From the NCBI GenBank assembly GCA_963663165.1, contig OY760175.1, positions 1,568,001 through 1,632,000 of the forward strand: a stretch of DNA of 64,000 bases, written 5' to 3'. Shown one piece after another: positions 60,826 to 64,000 of this stretch. Below the pieces are notes generated by a model. The model saw only the letters and a list, made by a program, of their open reading frames with translations, searched no databases and was not told the DNA's origin. Origin of the DNA: an uncultured Desulfospira sp. (lineage in GTDB: Bacteria > Desulfobacterota > Desulfobacteria > Desulfobacterales > Desulfobacteraceae). Every line of letters begins with the position of its first letter. The stretch's first letter is position 1. The translations under genes were made by a program, and so were the position numbers.

Positions 60826-61680
60826 TTATTGTCTGGCTTTTCGTTCATTGTCAATCTGGAACGTCAGCGTGGCTGTCAGTTTCAACTCCCTGTACATGTC
60901 CTTTTCAGATTCCGGGGCATCCGACGCAACGGAATACCGGATAAACCAGCGCCCGGGATGGGGAATGGGAATAGACAGCCGTTCCCCTTTCACCGTTGTC
61001 TTGGGATAAAACATATCCTCTGCAAGGGTGGAATACCCCATGTAGGTCGCGTCCCAGGCTCCTTCCCCTTTAAAAGGAATGCCGTCGCACAACACCTCAA
61101 GTTCAAGATCTTTCCCAGGGGTTAAACCAAACGGGTCATTTACGGGTACCAGCTCCAGGGCAAGCCCCGCCGGTTTAAAGGAACCGGCCGAAGGCGCCTC
61201 ACAAGCCACATAAGCTTTGGCATACTGTTTGGCGTAAATGGCCCTGTGAATTTCAGCGGCCTTATCCATGACGGCTTCCATGGGTTTAACGGTGTGCCGT
61301 TCTCTGCCCTGCTGGTCGGTAAATACAGTATAGTATCCCGGCGTGGTCACCGCGGCCAGGATCCAGGTTCCCGGGACATCATAGGTCACCATATGGGACT
61401 GGAGACCGGTATCTTCCCGGCTTTGGATCTCGGTGCTTTCGCCTTTTGGATTGATCACCCGGATTGATTTGAGCTTATTGCCCCGGACCCCGTCATCCAC
61501 GGGGACCCGATGGCCGTAACAAAAAAACAGGGGCGCTGATTTCCCGGAATCCACCGTATACCGGCTGGACTGGATAAACAGGGTATGGGCCGGACATGCC
61601 ACTGCCCACATCAGAATCACCCCCGCAGCCAGTGCCGGAATAAATATCTTTGAAGAAATGAATGGGGCAACGGGTTTCAT
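60826..61680 (-). CDS. DUF4198 periplasmic protein (NikM/CbiK-locus type)
   Basis: Signal peptide then His (AHTLFI), YGH, QYAKAYV, GLALELVPVNDP, ATLTF. Confidence 0.8.
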   Translation of the reverse strand: MKPVAPFISSKIFIPALAAGVILMWAVACPAHTLFIQSSRYTVDSGKSAPLFFCYGHRVPVDDGVRGNKLKSIRVINPKGESTEIQSREDTGLQSHMVTYDVPGTWILAAVTTPGYYTVFTDQQGRERHTVKPMEAVMDKAAEIHRAIYAKQYAKAYVACEAPSAGSFKPAGLALELVPVNDPFGLTPGKDLELEVLCDGIPFKGEGAWDATYMGYSTLAEDMFYPKTTVKGERLSIPIPHPGRWFIRYSVASDAPESEKDMYRELKLTATLTFQIDNERKARQ

Positions 61681-61889
61681 GATGGTTTCTTTCTTTTGTC
61701 CACTGGTGTCCGGTCAATGGGAAACGGACTGTTTTGGCCCCCGGCCGGGGGACAGGTTCCCTGGCACCCGCCGCAGCCGTTGCAGCCGGGTTTTTCAGGG
61801 TCGGCCATGGACTTGATATGCCGGTACAAATACCAGACAGCGGCGGCCACAGCCAGAATGGGAATCCCCGCATTAAGCAGCATTTCCAT
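61677..61889 (-). CDS. FeoB-associated Cys-rich small membrane protein
   Basis: One TM helix then GCNGCGGCQGTC; RBS GGAGG. Confidence 0.75.
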   Translation of the reverse strand: MEMLLNAGIPILAVAAAVWYLYRHIKSMADPEKPGCNGCGGCQGTCPPAGGQNSPFPIDRTPVDKRKKPS

Positions 61890-62112
61890 GGTTAACCTCC
61901 TCCGTCCGCCAGGGCAATGGCATGTGGCTCAATTGCCGCCAATACAATTTTTTGTTGAACGTGTTGATCAGGTGGGTCTTGCCGGTGCCGTGCCTGCACA
62001 CCAAGGCGTGAATTTTTTCAGACGGGGCCCAAAAATTCAAATCTGCACAATTAATGGTCCGCTTCCCGTATCCATAGATCAGGCGGGAAACCTTAAATAC
62101 CTTATCCGACAA
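61890..62112 (-). pseudogene. Probable remnant of an ABC ATP-binding gene (N-terminus only)
   Basis: YGYGKRTI..DLNF...KIHALVCRHGTGKTHLIN resembles a decayed Walker A region; no Q-loop, signature or Walker B follows. Confidence 0.5.
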
Positions 62113-62173
62113 TCTTAAATACTCATATCAAGTTAACGTCATAACCGGTCCATACAGGAAGAACGGTTTAAAT

Positions 62174-62221
62174 AAAAGGCGCCGGATCCCTACATCAAAG
62201 TTTGGCCAAAGATCCGGCGCC
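62174..62221 (-). terminator. Terminator after the DUF4198 gene
   Basis: ggcgccggatc...gatccggcgcc stem followed by a T run on the minus strand. Confidence 0.65.
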
Positions 62222-62329
62222 ATGCGCACCACCTTTTGCCCACTGGGACAAAAAGTGAAAAAAATGTCACAAAAAAATTACAAAATATGCCACATTCTGT
62301 CCCAGCACCAGGCCAAGATACAAGAATGT

Positions 62330-63145
62330 TTACTTCATGTCAACGGCTTTAATCCAGATTACAGCATCCCGTGAACATTCTTTGCCTTTATATGTCCCTT
62401 CGGGGTCCAGACCTAAGGCGGCAAAGCCCCACCAGCCGGCTCTGGGAATGCCAAAGGTAAATACGCCGTTCTCATCGGTAAAAATGGTCTGAAGAACAAA
62501 GGCATCCTGAGGCGCTTCAACCGCACCTTTTTTGGCAAAGGCTTTTTTGTCCAGATCGGGTTCATGGTTCAGGTATTCAATCTCGATTTCCGCTTTGGAT
62601 ACCGGGTGTCCTTTGAACAGACACTGACCCTGGAACACATTGCCGGTCCACCGGTCATAGGGTTTGCACAGGGGAACGATTTCACAATCCAGCCCCACAG
62701 GTTCCATCCAGGCACCGGGCTCTCCGCCCACATTGACGATCACCTTGGTGGTCTGCTGAATATAAGCGTCTTCTTCACCTTCATAGTAAGGCGCCGGCAC
62801 CAGGCAGAAGATATGATCCCCGCCCCTTGCGGTGTATTCGGTTTCAAAGGCGGCCCCGGAATTGGTCAGGCTGGTCCAGGTAATGGGTTTAAGGGACCCT
62901 AAAAGATCACTTTTCTTTGGTTCGTTTTCGCCCCTGGAGCGAACCACAAAAAACTGTTCCGGCTGTCCCATATCCATGGTATGGCCGGCTTCAAAGGGAT
63001 GGGTGAACACCAGGGCCAAAGGAATTTTTCCGCCATTGGCAAGGGCAGCTTCAGGGGTATAGATCATCTGAAAGTGGGCAAAGGCCGGGGCGGCCAGGGC
63101 CAGGGTGGCCGCAAACGCAATCACAAAACCAAGTCTTTTCATCAT
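62330..63145 (-). CDS. DUF4198 periplasmic protein
   Basis: AFAHFQMIY, FTHPF, PAPYYE, EIVPL, TDENGVFTFGIPRAGWWGFAAL. Confidence 0.85.
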   Translation of the reverse strand: MMKRLGFVIAFAATLALAAPAFAHFQMIYTPEAALANGGKIPLALVFTHPFEAGHTMDMGQPEQFFVVRSRGENEPKKSDLLGSLKPITWTSLTNSGAAFETEYTARGGDHIFCLVPAPYYEGEEDAYIQQTTKVIVNVGGEPGAWMEPVGLDCEIVPLCKPYDRWTGNVFQGQCLFKGHPVSKAEIEIEYLNHEPDLDKKAFAKKGAVEAPQDAFVLQTIFTDENGVFTFGIPRAGWWGFAALGLDPEGTYKGKECSRDAVIWIKAVDMK

Positions 63146-63180
63146 TTTTTCTCCTTTAAATCATCCGGTTACATTTAAGT

Positions 63181-63498
63181 TTATTCAACAATCTCTTTGC
63201 TCTTCACCTCTATTTGATGCCCTTCACCGGCATCAAACAGAACAGAGTAATCTCCTTTGGGCTTTTCAAAAGTATACTCGCTGTCCTCGTTCATCTTTCC
63301 TTCAAGCAGCACCTTTCCGGCCGGGTCTTTTACCTTCATGGCAACGCCTGACGCTGAAGAGCCGTCAGAAAATCCGCCTTCACAGGTAACGGTCCCGTCT
63401 CCATTGTCATAGCAGGAGCATAAGGGGGTATGGGCGAACCCGACTCCGGTAAAAATAAAACCAAGTGCAAAAAGAGTAAGCCAAACGTGTTTAAACAT
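63181..63498 (-). CDS. Small exported protein of metal-uptake loci (carboxypeptidase-regulatory-like fold)
   Basis: Signal peptide then HTPLCSC, CEGGFSDGS, FDAGEGH. ATG at 63498 follows AGGAGA. Confidence 0.75.
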   Translation of the reverse strand: MFKHVWLTLFALGFIFTGVGFAHTPLCSCYDNGDGTVTCEGGFSDGSSASGVAMKVKDPAGKVLLEGKMNEDSEYTFEKPKGDYSVLFDAGEGHQIEVKSKEIVE

Positions 63499-63660
63499 GA
63501 TCAATCTCCTTATCTTATACGATTTATTCATTGGCTTAATTCAACAGTTCTTTTAGAAACTCCTTATTTGAAAAAAACCACAATTCATATTGAATAATAT
63601 TATAAAGTGAAGGCCTAATTTCATTCTTATGTAAACGTCAAATTATAATATTATTTAATA

Positions 63661-63682
63661 AAGTTACTTAGAACTAACCTGA
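63661..63682. promoter_or_regulatory. Candidate DtxR/IdeR-like operator
   Basis: Minus strand TCAGGTTAGTTCTAAGTAA resembles the TTAGGTTAG half-site; upstream of the metal-uptake operon. Confidence 0.3.
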
Positions 63683-63769
63683 ATACGGAGACCATATATC
63701 CCATGAACGGCATTTCATGTCAAGCGATTAAAAAAAATTCATTTGAAAGAAATCTCTGTGAGGGCCTGC

Positions 63770-64000
63770 TTACGCCACAAGGAACAGACCGCCCAAAGCG
63801 GCCACCAGTATCCCCGAAACCGCCTGGATAAGGGCTTCCGGGCGTGCCAGATCCCAGGGCAGGCGGGCAGCGCCGGCAACCAGGGTCTGCCGGCCCATAA
63901 GGGAAAGAACAACGACCGTTGAAAGGGTGAAGGCCATGCCGGTGCCAATGGCAACCCCTAGAGCGATGCCCAAGCCCAAGGCATCCATGGACAGACAGAA
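63770..64000 (-). CDS. Nickel/cobalt transporter (RcnA/NicO-like), C-terminal part (5'-partial)
   Basis: Frame is open to the window end (FCLSMDALGLGIALGVAIGTGMAFTLS...); hydrophobic helices; metal-locus context. Confidence 0.55.
   Translation of the reverse strand, partial: FCLSMDALGLGIALGVAIGTGMAFTLSTVVVLSLMGRQTLVAGAARLPWDLARPEALIQAVSGILVAALGGLFLVA

Overview
Mostly core chromosome of a sulfate-reducing Desulfobacteraceae-like deltaproteobacterium (inferred from gene content and protein style). Housekeeping genes include pyrF, pyrG, eno, adk, cysS, ispF, tag, nnr, tsaE, lysC, lon and a biotin-dependent carboxyltransferase operon. I saw no rRNA, tRNA, CRISPR array, integrase or transposase. 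The most interesting parts are: (1) a CDF-transporter::HflK fusion in an HflK-HflC-HflK operon; (2) two convergent exosortase-type sorted surface proteins, one a 1463-aa DNRLRE/5'-nucleotidase, both preceded by 11-bp-period Pho-box-like repeats, with a DUF6516-type toxin-antitoxin pair between them; (3) an NrtA/CmpA-type ABC operon that also encodes two apparently cytoplasmic binding-protein paralogues (one fused to a CheY-like receiver), an acidic disordered protein and an Hpt protein, a candidate transport-coupled signalling system; (4) a 712-aa LOG-domain protein with a large unexplained N-terminus; (5) a partly decayed metal-uptake cluster; (6) a dense set of intergenic repeats (several heptamer hairpin families, a MITE, GTAG-type REPs) that nest inside each other and supply gene ends. 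All calls come from motif recognition, not database searches.
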